From positions 38,502,001-38,566,000 of the forward strand of contig NC_043005.1 of the NCBI RefSeq assembly GCF_006345805.1: a DNA stretch of 64,000 nucleotides. Reading direction: 5' to 3'. A program made the translations under genes and the position numbers. This document shows, one piece after another, positions 12,480-25,207 of the stretch (its first letter is position 1; every line of letters starts with the position of its first letter). Under the pieces are notes generated by a model. It made no database searches. It saw only the letters and a program-made list of their open reading frames with translations, and was not told the DNA's origin. This DNA comes from Octopus sinensis. Its lineage: Eukaryota.

Positions 12480-12534
12480 TTTGGATATTTTATTTATTTA
12501 TCTATCTAATTAAATTTAGAATTTAATAGTGCGA

Positions 12535-13078
12535 TAGAGGATAGAGAAGAAATAGAGAACGAAAGTGTATATGTATTTAGAGAGATTGAGAGCTGAGAGA
12601 AGATAAGAAGAGAGTAGGAGAGAGTGAGAGGAGAAAGTTCGCGTCTCTATATTTAGAAAAATTGAGAGGCTGAGAGAGGAAAGATGGTGTGACAGAGAGA
12701 AGTGGAGAAGGGAAGAGACAAGGAAAGAGGCGTGAGGGAGAGAAGTGAAGAGACAGAGAGAGAAAGAAATGAAAGAGAGGAGGTTATGCAAAAGATTGAG
12801 CGGCTGAGAGAAGATAAGGAGAGAGTGAGTGAGAGTCTATATATTTAAGAAGATTGAGAGGCTGAGAGAAGAAAGATGGTGTGATAGAGAGAAGTGAAGA
12901 AACAGAGGGAGAAAGAAAAGAAAGAGAGGAGGTTACGAAGCTGAAACAGAAGTTGAAAGATTATTAACAGAATGTAAATTATAAATATATAGCTACAAAC
13001 GTTTTCTTCTAAACTAAACTAATTGCGACTATACTTCTAATGTTCGCGTCTATATATTTAGCGAGATTGAGGGGCTGA
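12535..13078. repeat. GA-rich diverged tandem repeat immediately 5' of the LINE
   Basis: Motif TATATTTAG..AGATTGAGAGGCTGAGAGA recurs at ~12570, 12645, 12790, 12835 and 13050, with a ~190 bp higher-order period. Confidence 0.7.
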
Positions 13079-13092
13079 GTAAATATATATAT

Positions 13093-13162
<70 letters not shown>

Positions 13163-13683
13163 AAATAAATAAAGCAACAAATAAATATATGCCTATCTAA
13201 ATTGCATAATTTTAAAGAGATGTAACAGAGCTGAAACAGAAAGTGAATGTAAACAGAATGTAAATAGAGAATAAGTCCTTACATTGAATTACGGGAAAAT
13301 AAACAAATGAAAAGGGGTACTTATCTTATAAGAGGTAGAAGTCCCAAAGCCTTCTCCCTATACGAAGAGGTTTTCTTTCAAAAAGAAAAAGAAAAACGGT
13401 TCTTTTTGTTTGTTGAAGTCGATTGGGAATAAACTTAAAATATGTCACCACGTGCTTTTTCGACGGGAAATCTGGCGTGCGTAATTAACTTTAGTGTATT
13501 ATATTTGGCTTGAAGCGAAATATATTATGGTTTTTAAGTAATATATCCCAGTAGACCGCTATGAGATAGCAAGTTTTACGTTTTTTATCAATTTTCGCCG
13601 ATTTTTTCGTCGATTTATGCAAACCTTTTTGTTTTTTTATCACAGAGCTAAGCAACACGTCTTTACCCTACGAAAACCGGAAG

Positions 13684-13756
<73 letters not shown>

Positions 13757-14384
13757 AATAGATATTTATATATATATGCATACACATATATCTATATATG
13801 TGTGTGCATGTATGTGTGTGTATGTGTGTGTGTGTGTGTGTTTGTATGTTATGTACTAACATGCAAATTAATATCCACATACAACACGACTTCTTACTCT
13901 CGATGCCCTGATTTCAAACTCTAACGAAGTCAAGTTTGCGCTTCATCGTTTCGCAGTTGATAAAATGTGCAAATCTAGGAGATAAAAGAATTCTGAGGAT
14001 ATCGGACTGGATGCCTGGTTGTATTTATCCTGGTTCTTTATTTATATCCCGTTGTTACCTACTGTGGACGTAGGCCGAATCCAGTACCAGGTTTAACACA
14101 TCACGTAGTACCTTGGGTATCTTTGCGGAATTACCGTCGCAAGTATTCGATTTTAGGTTTCCGGTTTGACAATAAATTCATCTGTGTATCCTATTAGCTG
14201 ACTATGCTTGTCTGCATGTAAATCTTCGAATTTTATCAAATATAGCATGCTCTTCTTCACTGGTTTTTATACTGAGCTATTGTTGTCCATCTGCGAGGAT
14301 ACTCGTTTTATCACCTCATGTCATATGTTAATTAAGAAATAACAATAGATAATAATAATAATAATACTAATAACAACAACAACA

Positions 14385-14525
14385 ATAATAATCCTTTCTG
14401 TTATATTTGCTCAACTGGTACTTATTTTATCGATCTCGAAATGATTAAAGGCAAAGTCAACCTCGGCGGAATTTGAACTCAGAACATGAAGACGGACGAA
14501 ATGCTGCTAAGCATTTCGCCCGTAA
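14385..14525 (-). mobile_element. tRNA-head SINE, family A
   Basis: GGCGGAATTTGAACTCAGAAC and GCTAAGCATTTCGCCCG in reverse orientation, next to an (AAT/AAC)n tail. Confidence 0.75.
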
Positions 14526-14914
14526 TAAAATTAGACGTACACTGGAATATATTAAAATATGCTCATGCACAGACTAACAAGACCACACATTTGGTCAGTC
14601 TTTTAAAACGAGCCCATTGACGCTAAGATGCGCTCATTGACACATAAATAACAGTACAGAAATACAAACACGCTAATATATGCACAAAGGTGCAAGATCA
14701 TGCCGGAAGTATTGGTGGGGATATACTTGATCAGAGGTATAAACCAACCAATAGCAGATAAATATCTTTCACATGACATACTAATGTGTTAAAAAAGGAA
14801 AAATGTATTGTATAATATAGTATTAGATATATGCCTGAAAAGATGTCATAGAAAGTCTTGATCCGAGTCTTCGGTTACCGCTGATTCCTGACTAAACAGT
14901 AATGATTGATATAT

Positions 14915-15660
14915 AAATGCCTTGACATATAGACATATTGACACATTGACAAATCGACACTTTGGCACATCGACACACCGCCATAGAAACACAGTGACAC
15001 GTCAACACATTGACATAGACAAATTGACAGATCGATGTATTGACAATTTGCCACGTTGACACATCGACTTATCGGCACATGAACACAGACTGACATATTG
15101 ACACATTGACATGACAACACATTGACATGACAACACATTGACCCACCAACATATCAACACATTAGCGCATCAACAAATTGATACATAGGTATATAAATAC
15201 ATTGACACATTGACAAATCGACACATTAATACATCAACAGAGTAGCACATCGTCAGAGTGTCACATTGAAATAGGCATAGTAACACGCCAACACATTGAT
15301 ACAGACAAATTGACAGATAAATGAACTGACATATCGATATATTGACACATTGACATTTTGACACATTGACTCATTGGCATATGGACACATAGACAATCTG
15401 ACATATTGACACACTGACACGTCAAAACATTGACACGCCGAATTCTTACATAGATACATAGACACATTGACTCATTGGCATAACGACACATTGGCACATC
15501 GACACATCAATACACACTCATATTGAAACAGATACAGTAACATGTCAACACATAGATACACAGACAAACTAACATATCACTACATTGACATATTGATATA
15601 TTGACGCATCTTCACGTTGACACATTGACTCATTGGCATCTCGACACTTTGACACATTGG
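14915..15660. repeat. Degenerate (ACACATTG)-based minisatellite
   Basis: GACACATTGAC / GACATATTGAC units recur throughout. The longer block CACATTGACTCATTGGCAT recurs at ~15362, 15465 and 15622. Confidence 0.85.
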
Positions 15661-16139
15661 TAGAACACGTAACATTGCAATAGCTTACGAAATATATACA
15701 GACACATCATATTATGCAGGTAAACATACAAAATATAGATAAATCATAAACCAGACATTTGCTTGAGAAGTACAAGTCTGGTTATCTTACTGCTACACTC
15801 CCCACCAAAAAAAAAAAAAACAACGTTTTCATCTAAAATTCAGAACACACCAGTCCAGAGTCGACGTTGATGTTCTTTAATTCTTTTTATCAAAGCCTCT
15901 TCTAGTTTAACCAGACAGACCGTCATCTCAAATGACTAAGTTTTGTATGATCACAAAACATTACTGATTAATGTGAAATATTCATAGAAAGTATAATAAA
16001 AAAATTTATGAAGAAACCACTAATCTCTCTTGGATTATAAACAAATTCTTATCAACTTATTATATTTGTTCATAATATACAATGAGAGGTAAAATACGAT
16101 TTAAAAAGTGACAAAGCAAATAATGAATAAACATAATGC

Positions 16140-16335
16140 GAATATGTAGAAATAATAAGATCAACAGCAACAACAACGACGACGACGACGACGATGATGA
16201 TGATGGTGATGATGACGACAACAACAATTTTCATCATTATCATCATCATCATCATCGCTGCCACCACCACAGCTACCAGCACTCTTATTCTCCTTCACCT
16301 CCTCCTCACCATCATCATCACCCTCATCATTAATA
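16140..16335. repeat. Compound trinucleotide microsatellite (AAC/GAC/GAT/CAT/CAC)n
   Basis: Directly visible. Confidence 0.85.
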
Positions 16336-18539
16336 CTCTCTTCAATATCGTCATAACATTTTATATAATTATGACTAATGATATTATACTATGATTTGAT
16401 CTCTTACTCCTAGCGTTGTTATTTTTAATATTGATAACAACAAAAACAAAAAAAATAACAAATTAATATTACTATTATCATTATAATATCATTTTATAAT
16501 ATCGATTGCATTTCATTTAATATCTTCTAAAATGTTATCAATCGTGTAGTTAAAAAAACGTAGACCAGCTGTAGTTAATGTGACAGTGACTCCGAAGTAT
16601 GCATTCAAAATGAAAAAAAAACCCAACTAAAACCAGAACAAAAAATATCCTTATCTTGTTATATACCTCACAGAATATTTTAATTTCTTAGATATCACGC
16701 AATATCTTCGAGCGTCTTGCTATATCCCCCGCTAACATCCATATATTAAGTTCCAAATAAGATTTGTTTCTAAATATATTTTTATTAGTTATTTTGACTC
16801 TAATAACAGTGGGTGGTAGAATCATAAAACATCTTAAAGAATTTAGTTGCCTGTATATACTGAGGCCATATTTACTTTTAATATTGCTGTAATCGAAGGA
16901 ACGAACATCCATCTTGAACTGGGATCGATTAAAATGACTACATTTTTTACTCATATTAGTCATGGACTTGTGCCGAACTTATACGCAATTTATTAAATTG
17001 GCTATAATAAATAATGAATATATATATGCTGCATACACAAACGTGCGCGTATATGCACTCACGCGCGCGCATGCACTCGCATATCACGCATATACTGTAG
17101 TGTTATCCATAATATGATGGGTAACTAGAATTATACTCTTGCTACCCTGGGTTATAAAAAAATATGGCTTACATACAATAATTATAATTTAGCTTCTATA
17201 AAATTTCTTGATACTTATACAAAATAATGAAATAAATTGCAATTTTTAAAAGAAAAACATTTATTTATTACCTTAAAATTAAAATTGAACAATTTTGATC
17301 ATTTGTGTAACTCTTCTTATAACTACTCTGTCATTAACTAACCCTTCTCTTCCTCCTCACCCGTATGCTTTTTATCTATCTTACTCTATATGTGAGTATA
17401 TCCAGCGTTCCCTTACTCATTACCTGCCACCAAGCCTGGTATGTGTACTTATCCCAGACCACTAAGTAACTTTCTATCTCTCTTTTACTTTCACTATCAC
17501 TTCCCTTCTCTTTATAAGTTGTAGAACCTACTGTAGAAATTAATTAACCCACCAATGTTCACTATTATTATATGGAGATATACTGTATAGAGCCATGTCC
17601 GTTATATTTAATCTGATTCGAAAACTGGGCCCAATGGTTGTTGGACTAAAAAATTTTCTTTCAGCAGTTTCGAATGTGAACTGGAACAACAAGCTTCGCT
17701 ACCATTATAGGTCTTCGGTATTCGCTTCTCATTCCACTTCAAACTACTGACCGTTGATTTTAGCTTGTTGGATTTGGCAAAAGTGGCAGAACTCATGGAC
17801 TTCGCAGACTCTCCGAGACGCGGACGATTGATACTGTTTATTGTTCTGTTGAGAGCTTACAAAGGATCATCAGTGGGGAAGACAAGCAGGGAAGGAGCCC
17901 CAAAAGTCACACTACTGGGAATGAATGACTTGGCGTACAGATTGGTGCTTTGGGGTTAACGCTCACTATGTTGCAGTGAAAGGCTACTTATTAAAATGTA
18001 AATACGATGAGGCACAACTTCCCTTTACTATAACATAGAAAACTGATAATTATTTAGCTTACATGATGTAACTTTTAACAAAAGAATGCAATTATTAAAG
18101 CTTAAAATGTTTTCAAATTTCTTTTATTATTGAACATTTCAACGACTAAAAATTAATGTTAATTCACTGCTTGATAGCATCTTTTAGTTCACCGCTTGAA
18201 CGCATTTCCACTATCTTTTATCTTTATCTGTCTTACACTTATGCACACATACACACATACGCACACCTCGAATCATATGATGTTCGTGAGATAAATCTTA
18301 ATGTGAGATTACACCCCTTTTTTTGTTTTGTCTAACCACAGAGTTTTTAGTTGGCAGTTTCCGGTCCTCATTCCAAATTATTCCTGCGGTCTAATCACGA
18401 AGCTTGATTTTGCAGCGAGTAAATATATGTATACATGTATTCATAAACCACTGTGTACTGGTACTCTAGTAAATATAAATGAGTTACTATTCCAATATTA
18501 CTGATACTAGTATAAACTTTCATATAGTATTCGTTTTAC

Positions 18540-19130
18540 AAGTTCGTTAGCCCGTCGCACAAAATATTTAGCGGCATCTCTTCAGGCTCTTTACATTCTG
18601 AGTTCAAATCCCGCCGAGGTCAGCCTTGCATTTCATCTTTTTGTGGTCGATAAGATAAAGCACCAGTCAAAACGTTTATGCGATCCAATCATCCTTTACC
18701 CTAAAAATGTCTGGCCTTATGCCATAATGTGCTCTAAATTCAAATACCAACACGGTCAACTGCCTTTTATTATTTCGGAATCCTAAATAAGGCGGTGAGC
18801 TGCCAGAAACGTTAGCACGCCGGGCGAAATGCTTAGCAGTATTTCGCCTGCCGCTACGTTCTGAGTTCAAATTCCGCCGAGGTCGACTTTACCTTTCATC
18901 TTTCGGGGTCGATTAAATAAGTACCAGTTACGCACTGGGGTCGATATAATCGAGTTAATCCGTTTGTGGGTAGTAAAGAAATAGGTATTTCGTCTGTCTT
19001 TATGTTCTGATTTCAAACTCCGCCGAAGTCGACTTTGCCTTTCATCCTTTCGGGGTCGATAAATTAAGTACTAGTTGCGTAATGGAGTCGATCTAATGAC
19101 TAGACCCCTCCCACAAAATTTCGGGCCTTG
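18540..19130 (+). mobile_element. Family A SINE cluster including a head-to-tail dimer (18791-19128)
   Basis: The second unit starts after GTGGGTAGTAAAGAAATAG at GTATTTCGTCTG, without the 5' head. Confidence 0.85.
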
Positions 19131-19389
19131 TGTTTAGAGTAGAAAAGAAAAGATTGTTTCGGAGTTGTAAGATAAAACAAAGAATATCAGTCACGGGGCA
19201 GTCGATTGATTGAATTGTGAGAAAATTGGGTCGATATTTGTTCCAGGTCATTACGATCTGAATTCAAATTTTTCCATCGCTTACTTGAGTAACAGACTCA
19301 TACTGTCTCTTGTTTAGTATTGCTTTCAAATTTAAGCCAAAGCCGGTCGTTTCGTGGGAGGGAGTAAGTGGATCACATCAAACTCAGTG

Positions 19390-20165
19390 TTCAACCGGTA
19401 CTTATTTTATCGACCCTGAAAGGATAAAAAGTAGAATTTTATCGATCCTGAAAAGGATGAAAGGCGAAGTCAACCTCGGTGTCATTTGAACTCAAAACGT
19501 AAAGCTGGAAGAAATGTCACTACGCATTTTGCCCTGCGTGTTAACGATTCTTTTCTACTCTAGGCACAAGGCTCGACATTTTGGGGGAGGGGGTCAGTCG
19601 ATTAGATCGACTCTAGTACGCAACTGGTACTTAATTTATCGACCCCGAAAACATGAAAGGCAAAGTCGACCTCAGAATTCAGAACGTAAAGATAGGCCAA
19701 ATACCTATTTGTTTATTACCCACAAGGGACTAAACATAGAGGGGACAAACAAGGACAGACATAGGTATTAAGTCGATTACATCGACCCCAGTGCGTAACT
19801 GGTACTTAATTTACCGACCCCGAAATGATGAAAGGCAAATTAGACCTTGGCGGAATTTGAGCTCACAACGTAACGCCAGACAAAATACCGCTATGCATTT
19901 CGTCCGGCGTGCTAACGATTCTGCCAGCTCTCCACCTTCGTCTCTTGTTTAATATCGGTTTTAAATTTTGGTACAAGGTCAGTAATTTCAGGGAAGAAGG
20001 TAAGTTGATTACATCGAACCCCGTGCTCAACTGGAACTCATTTAATCGACCTCGAAAGGATGAAAGGCAAAGTCGATCCCGGTGGAGTTTTATTGACCCC
20101 GAAAGCGATGAAAGGTAGAGTCAAACTTGCCGGCATTTGAACTCAGAACGTAAAGACGGACGACT
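19390..20165 (-). mobile_element. Family A SINE multimer (minus strand)
   Basis: Repeated GATGAAAGGCAAAGTCGACC..GAATTTGAACTCA(G/C)AACG blocks at ~19460, 19655, 19830, 20060 and 20110. Confidence 0.8.
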
Positions 20166-20755
20166 TCCCATTTCATATCACGACCTGATATGTTAAGTAC
20201 TTCTATTAAGGCCAATTTTCTAGCTTGAGAATACTTTCCTCTCCGTCTCTCATCCGGCTGAAAGCCCTGTAAAGAATTGTGGGTACGATTTTCTCTAAAG
20301 AGTAAACTTTAAAAAAAAATACGATGTTTTCTAATATAGGTCGATATTAAATATAGTTTGTTCCTGTATAATGGACGCGGGTTTCCTCAATTAGTTTCCA
20401 TTACTTTATATGAGATTATGACTTAAACAGACCACTTAGTTTAATACATTTTACAATACATTAGTGCAAACGGTGATTTATTATTTTCTTTATTTTACAT
20501 GTATTTTAAGTAGTGTCTCCAACACCGGAATATTGTGTTATGTGCGTGTGTGTGTTATGTGTGTGTGCATGCATTTATGCTTGTACTTCTTTATTTCATT
20601 CTACTTTTAAATGTATAAGCGTGGGGTTCTGTTGTGTTCTGTATGTGTATATGAGAGAGTATGTGTGAGTGTATATGTGTGAGCGAGTGGAAAGACAGAG
20701 AGGATGACAAAGTGAAGTAGAAGGAAAGAGGAGATAAGGTGAAACAGAGAGAACA

Positions 20756-20807
<52 letters not shown>

Positions 20808-21676
20808 AAGTGGGTGAAGGAGAAGAGGAGAAAGGGAAAGAAAGAGAGAGAGAGAAAAAAGTGAAGGAGAGACCAAAACATTGAGAATAGCGAAGTGAGA
20901 AAATGTATTACGAAAGAAATTTTGTTGAAACTCAAGAGAGGAAACGTTAGATAAAAAGAGTGAATAAGAGGACAAATCTGGAGAAAAAGAATGTAAGAAG
21001 GTAGAAAGTAAGGAATAAACGAGTGACACGTATCTGCTGGTTCAATATCGAACCTTAAACCAATTTATTACATTTCAACCCAAATGGTCACCACTACACA
21101 TCAATGTAACTAGCTCACCTTTCAAGCAGTCATATTTATTACGCACATTATCGAATAATTATTGAATAAGAATGTATTTAAAAATCTGACTAGAATTCTA
21201 AAGAAACCTAAACTGTATATTCGGTTGAAATAACAGTCTGATTGTTGATAGATTGGTAGAGTTGTTAGAGTCAAAAAGACAATTTAAGAATTAGCTTCCG
21301 CTCCCTGCGTTCTGAGTTCAAATCTCATCGCTGCAATCTTTGCTTTTCATACCTTTTTGGGGTTAATAAAGTAAAGTATCATTTAAATACTGTAGTATAT
21401 AGAATTGAATGCTCACAACTTTTTGAACTTTTGTCTAAATCTGAAATTATAATTATAAATATTTTTACTGACGAGGTTAACTTTGCCTTCATAATTTAAG
21501 GGTCAATAAAATAAGTGCCAGTCAAATACTGGGTCGATTAAATCGACTAATACCACCCTAAAATTGCTGGCCTTGTGCCAAAATTTGAAGCCATTATTAT
21601 TATGATTATTGTTGTTGTTGTTGTTGTTGTTGTTATTATTATTATCATTATTATTATTATTATTATTATCATTATT

Positions 21677-21932
21677 AGTATTGCCTTTGCACAGCTTCTA
21701 ACGCTGGAGTTGTATTAGTGTCAGCTGTTCTCTACCAGTGAACTAAAGTAACCCCTCTTATTTTTCGAGCACATTCCGGAGTATTCGAGCAGGTAGTGCT
21801 GTTTTTCTGCAAGTGCTTCACACTTATTGCAGCCCATTTTTGTTCAACGTATTTCTCGAGATTTTTGCTCACTGTTCCCAGGGCTCCGACAATTATTGGT
21901 ACTACTGCTACCTTTTCAGCGACCACAACTGC
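21677..21932 (-). mobile_element. 5'-truncated R4/Dong-type RLE LINE 3' end, within (TAA)n
   Basis: AEKVAVVPIIVGALGTVSKNLEKYVEQ plus a short 3' UTR, with (TTA)n on both sides. Confidence 0.75.
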
Positions 21933-21944
21933 TTATTATTATTA

Positions 21945-22000
<56 letters not shown>

Positions 22001-22003
<3 letters not shown>

Positions 22004-22320
22004 TAGTTTTATTTTTATAGCGTGCTTTCACTTCACTACCGAGCGCAGCTCTGTGTGCCTTGGGTATGTGCTGTGATTTGTTGTAATGCTCTGATGGTTA
22101 TTGTATGGAAAGTGTTCTGCGTAGGATGTGTGCAGTGCCTAGTAGTGCAATTTTCTGTATGTTATATGTGTTTGTAAGTCCTGGTGTTTTTGTTATGTAT
22201 TTGTCTGAATATTTTTTTATCATGCCTAATGCACCTACTATGATAGGAATTGTTTCTGTTTTCAGATTCCACATTCTAGTTACCTCTATTTCCAGGTCTT
22301 TGTATTTTGAGAGTTTCTCT
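22001..22320 (-). mobile_element. 5'-truncated R4/Dong-type RLE LINE 3' end (second subfamily), within (TAA)n
   Basis: EKLSKYKDLEIEVTRMWNLKTETIPIIVGALGMIKK...IQKIALLGTAHILRRTLSIQ*, the typical RLE-domain C-terminus. The 3' UTR ends ACTACTG-AATAATAAT. Confidence 0.88.
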
Positions 22321-22354
22321 ATTATTATTATTATTATTATTATTGTTGTTGTTG

Positions 22355-22390
<36 letters not shown>

Positions 22391-22394
22391 CATT

Positions 22395-23246
22395 AAGGCG
22401 GTGAGATGGCAGAAACGTTAGTACGCCGGGCGAAATGCTTAGCAGTATTTCGTCTGCCACTACGTTCTGAGTTCAAATTCCGCCGAGGTCGACTTTGCTT
22501 TTCATCCTTTCGAGGTCGATTAAATAAGTACCGGTTACACACTGGGGTCGATGCAATCGACTTAATCCGTGTGTCTGTCCTTGTTTGTCCCCTCTGTGTT
22601 TAGCCCCTTGTGGGTAGTAAAGAAATAGGTATTTCGTCTGCCGTTACATTCTGGGTTCAATTCCGCCGAGGTCGACTTAATCCGTTACGTTCTGGGTTCA
22701 AATTCCGTCGAGGTCGACTTTGCCTTTCAGTCGTTCGGGATCGATTAAATAAGTACCAGTTATGTCCTGGAGTCGATAAAATCGACTTAATCCGTTTGCC
22801 TGTCCTTGTTTGTCCACTCTATGTTTAGCCCATTGTGGGCAGTAAAGAAATGGGGTTTTCGCCTGCTGCTACGTTCTGAGTTCAAATTCCACCGTTGTCG
22901 ACTTCTCCTTTAATCCCTTCGGAGACGATGAAATAAATACCAGTTACGCACTGGGGTCGATATAATCGACTAAAATTCTTTCGCCAAAATGTTCGAGGCT
23001 TTGTACCTAGGGTATTATTGTTAAGGCGGCGAGCTGGCAGAATCGTTAGCTCGCTGAACGAAATGCTTAGCGGCATTTCGTCCGCCTTTACTTTCTGAAT
23101 TCAAATTCTGCCGAGGTTGACTTTGCTCTCATCCTTTCGGAGTCGATGAAATAAATACCAGTTACGCACTGGAGTCGATGTAATTGATTATCCCCCCCCT
23201 AAATTTTCGGCTCTTCTGCCTTCAGTAGAAAGAATCATCATCATCA

Positions 23247-23295
<49 letters not shown>

Positions 23296-23690
23296 GGGGC
23301 GAGCTGGTAGAATTATTAACACACCGGACAAAATGCTCAGCGGCATTCGTCCGTCTTTACATTCTGAGTTCAACTTCAACTCAGCCTTTTATCCTTTCAG
23401 GGTCAATAAAATAAGTACCAGCTGAGCACTGGGCTTGATCTAATCCAGTAACGCCCTCCCCACAAAATTTTCAAACCTTGTGCATATAGAAGAGACGATC
23501 ATCACTATTATTATTAAGGCGGTGAGTTGGTTAAATTCTTTGTACGTCGAATATAATGCTTTGCGGCATTTCATTTGTGTTGACGTTCTTAGTTCAAATT
23601 CCACCGTGTTCGAGTTTGCCTTTCATTCTTGGATCGATTTTATTGACTTGCTCCTTTCCTAAGATTACTGGCCTTGTGCCAAACATTGAA
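22395..23690 (+). mobile_element. Chain of family A SINEs (multimer 22395-23020 plus monomers) separated by (ATT)n tails
   Basis: Heads AAGG(C/G)G(G/C)GAG at ~22395, 23023, 23293 and 23516; internal junctions at ~22628 and ~22851. Confidence 0.88.
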
Positions 23691-23692
23691 AC

Positions 23693-23755
<63 letters not shown>

Positions 23756-23756
23756 C

Positions 23757-23990
23757 ATTGGGTGAGAGAGCAGTGCATGCCATCAAAGTGACACTGGGCT
23801 AAAATATACGAAGCCCAGTATACCCATAATGACTATACGTCTGATAAGGATACACCAGGCACATGCATCACAACCATATGTGCTCGACATGGTGATCTCA
23901 TTTCAAGATAAACAGCGCATGACCTTGCAGGTGGGACCCAGTTAGAATTTTCTTCTGGTCGAGTAGCACATCCCACTCAAAAGGTCCCTT
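23757..23990 (-). mobile_element. Unclassified retroposon-like 3' end with (TAA)n tail
   Basis: A GC-richer block whose minus strand ends CTCTCTCACCCAATGATAATAATAAT. No coding motif recognised. Confidence 0.4.
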
Positions 23991-24441
23991 ATTGAGCTCT
24001 AGAAGTGCAAGAGAAAGATTGGGAAGATGTTTGAAACAAATGCAACTGGAGGTAAAATCAGGAAGAGAATTAGTATCAACTTAGATCAGGGATTCATCTT
24101 TAAGCTGATGTAGACTTGGCAGAATTTTACATTGAGGTAACCACATTACGTTAATATGGTGCAAGAGGCATTTAAGGTCAACATGTATAGGTTTGCAGAA
24201 GACCTTTTAGTATATCTTTGAATGTGTTTACTTGGGAAAAATCATGATCAGTGATCATCGTTACCATCATCTTCACAAAGAATAGCGTGCAGTTCACCGT
24301 TCAAAGCGTTGGTCATAAGAAGTTTGCTTTCGAAAGAATGAAAGACAAAATTAACCTCAGGATTTGAGCCCAGTCGGAACAAATTCCACGAAACATTCTG
24401 TCTAGCGCTCTTACAAATCTGCTATATGCCGCATGTGTGTA

Positions 24442-25207
24442 CCGTAAATCCTCGAGTATAATCCGCTTTTTCCCCCAAAAAAATTTAAAGGTCAAAATCC
24501 CTAGTGCGTACTATATACGAGGTTAAAAAGGAAAATTGTTTTCTAAACAATGTCCGAGTCTCTATTTGCTGTCCGGCAATGTTTATTCAGATGCATTTTG
24601 TGATGTTTGGCGCGAAAATACCTTAAGCTATGCCTGAAAGCAATGAAGTTATAAAAGAATTATCCATAACTTGCAATAAGCAACATTTATTGAACGTTAT
24701 TACTGTTATTTATTTATTTTGTGCAAACAAAATGCACAAAAAAGCTACACGTTTGCATTGTTATATCCCGAAAAGCTCTACCTGCGACGATTTCATCTCA
24801 ATCGAAGGAGAGGAGCTTTCTCCGTCCGGGTTGCGGATCCGTGGAACAAGCTGCCAGACGAGATGGTGAAGATGCCGACGACCGCTTTGTTCAAAGCCTC
24901 CCTTGACCTCAAGTGGCCTGAACTCTTTACATGAACACCACCCTGTACTTAACTCCATGTCCCCCTACATGGCATTGCTATTTGCTTTTGAGCCAAATTA
25001 ACTAACTAACTAACTAACATATACAATAATAATAAAGGACGTTACCGTATACAGTTTTACAAACCAAGGACGTTATATAGAACTCCTTGACTCAAGTTAG
25101 AGAAGGGGTGCGTATTATGCACAAGGTTTAGGTTTTTCAGCGGTACAGCCCCCTAAAAATCCCCTGCGGATTATACTCAAGGGCGGACTATACTCGAGGA
25201 TTTACGG
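24442..25207. mobile_element. pogo/Tc2-type MITE with TA target duplication
   Basis: TA-CCGTAAATCCTCGAGTATAATCCGC ... GCGGACTATACTCGAGGATTTACGG-TA: 25-bp TIR with 1 mismatch and a subterminal repeat GCGGATTATACTC. Confidence 0.88.
24757..25018 (+). mobile_element. CR1/L2-group LINE 3' fragment nested in the MITE
   Basis: RRGAFSVRVADPWNKLPDEMV..FKASLDLKWPELFT* is a typical ORF2 C-terminus (F..RV...WN.LP...FK..LD). It is followed by a short UTR and a (CTAA)n tail. Confidence 0.8.

Larger units (their letters stand above)
8532..12500 (-). mobile_element. Near full-length, decayed CR1-group LINE (ORF1 + APE/RT ORF2)
   Basis: Colinear ORF1, endonuclease, RT and C-terminal domain, a short 3' UTR with stem-loop (8568-8581) and a (TAAAAAA)n tail at 8532-8563. 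The 5' boundary is uncertain. Confidence 0.92.

Noticed and set aside
17590-17980. GC-richer block with two short ORFs (17608-17796, 17765-17959)
   Set aside because: No recognisable motif or convincing splice-site pair. Probably an unidentified decayed repeat.
24998-25018. (CTAA)n as a telomere-like repeat
   Set aside because: It is only about five units and sits at the 3' end of a LINE fragment, so it is a retroposon tail.
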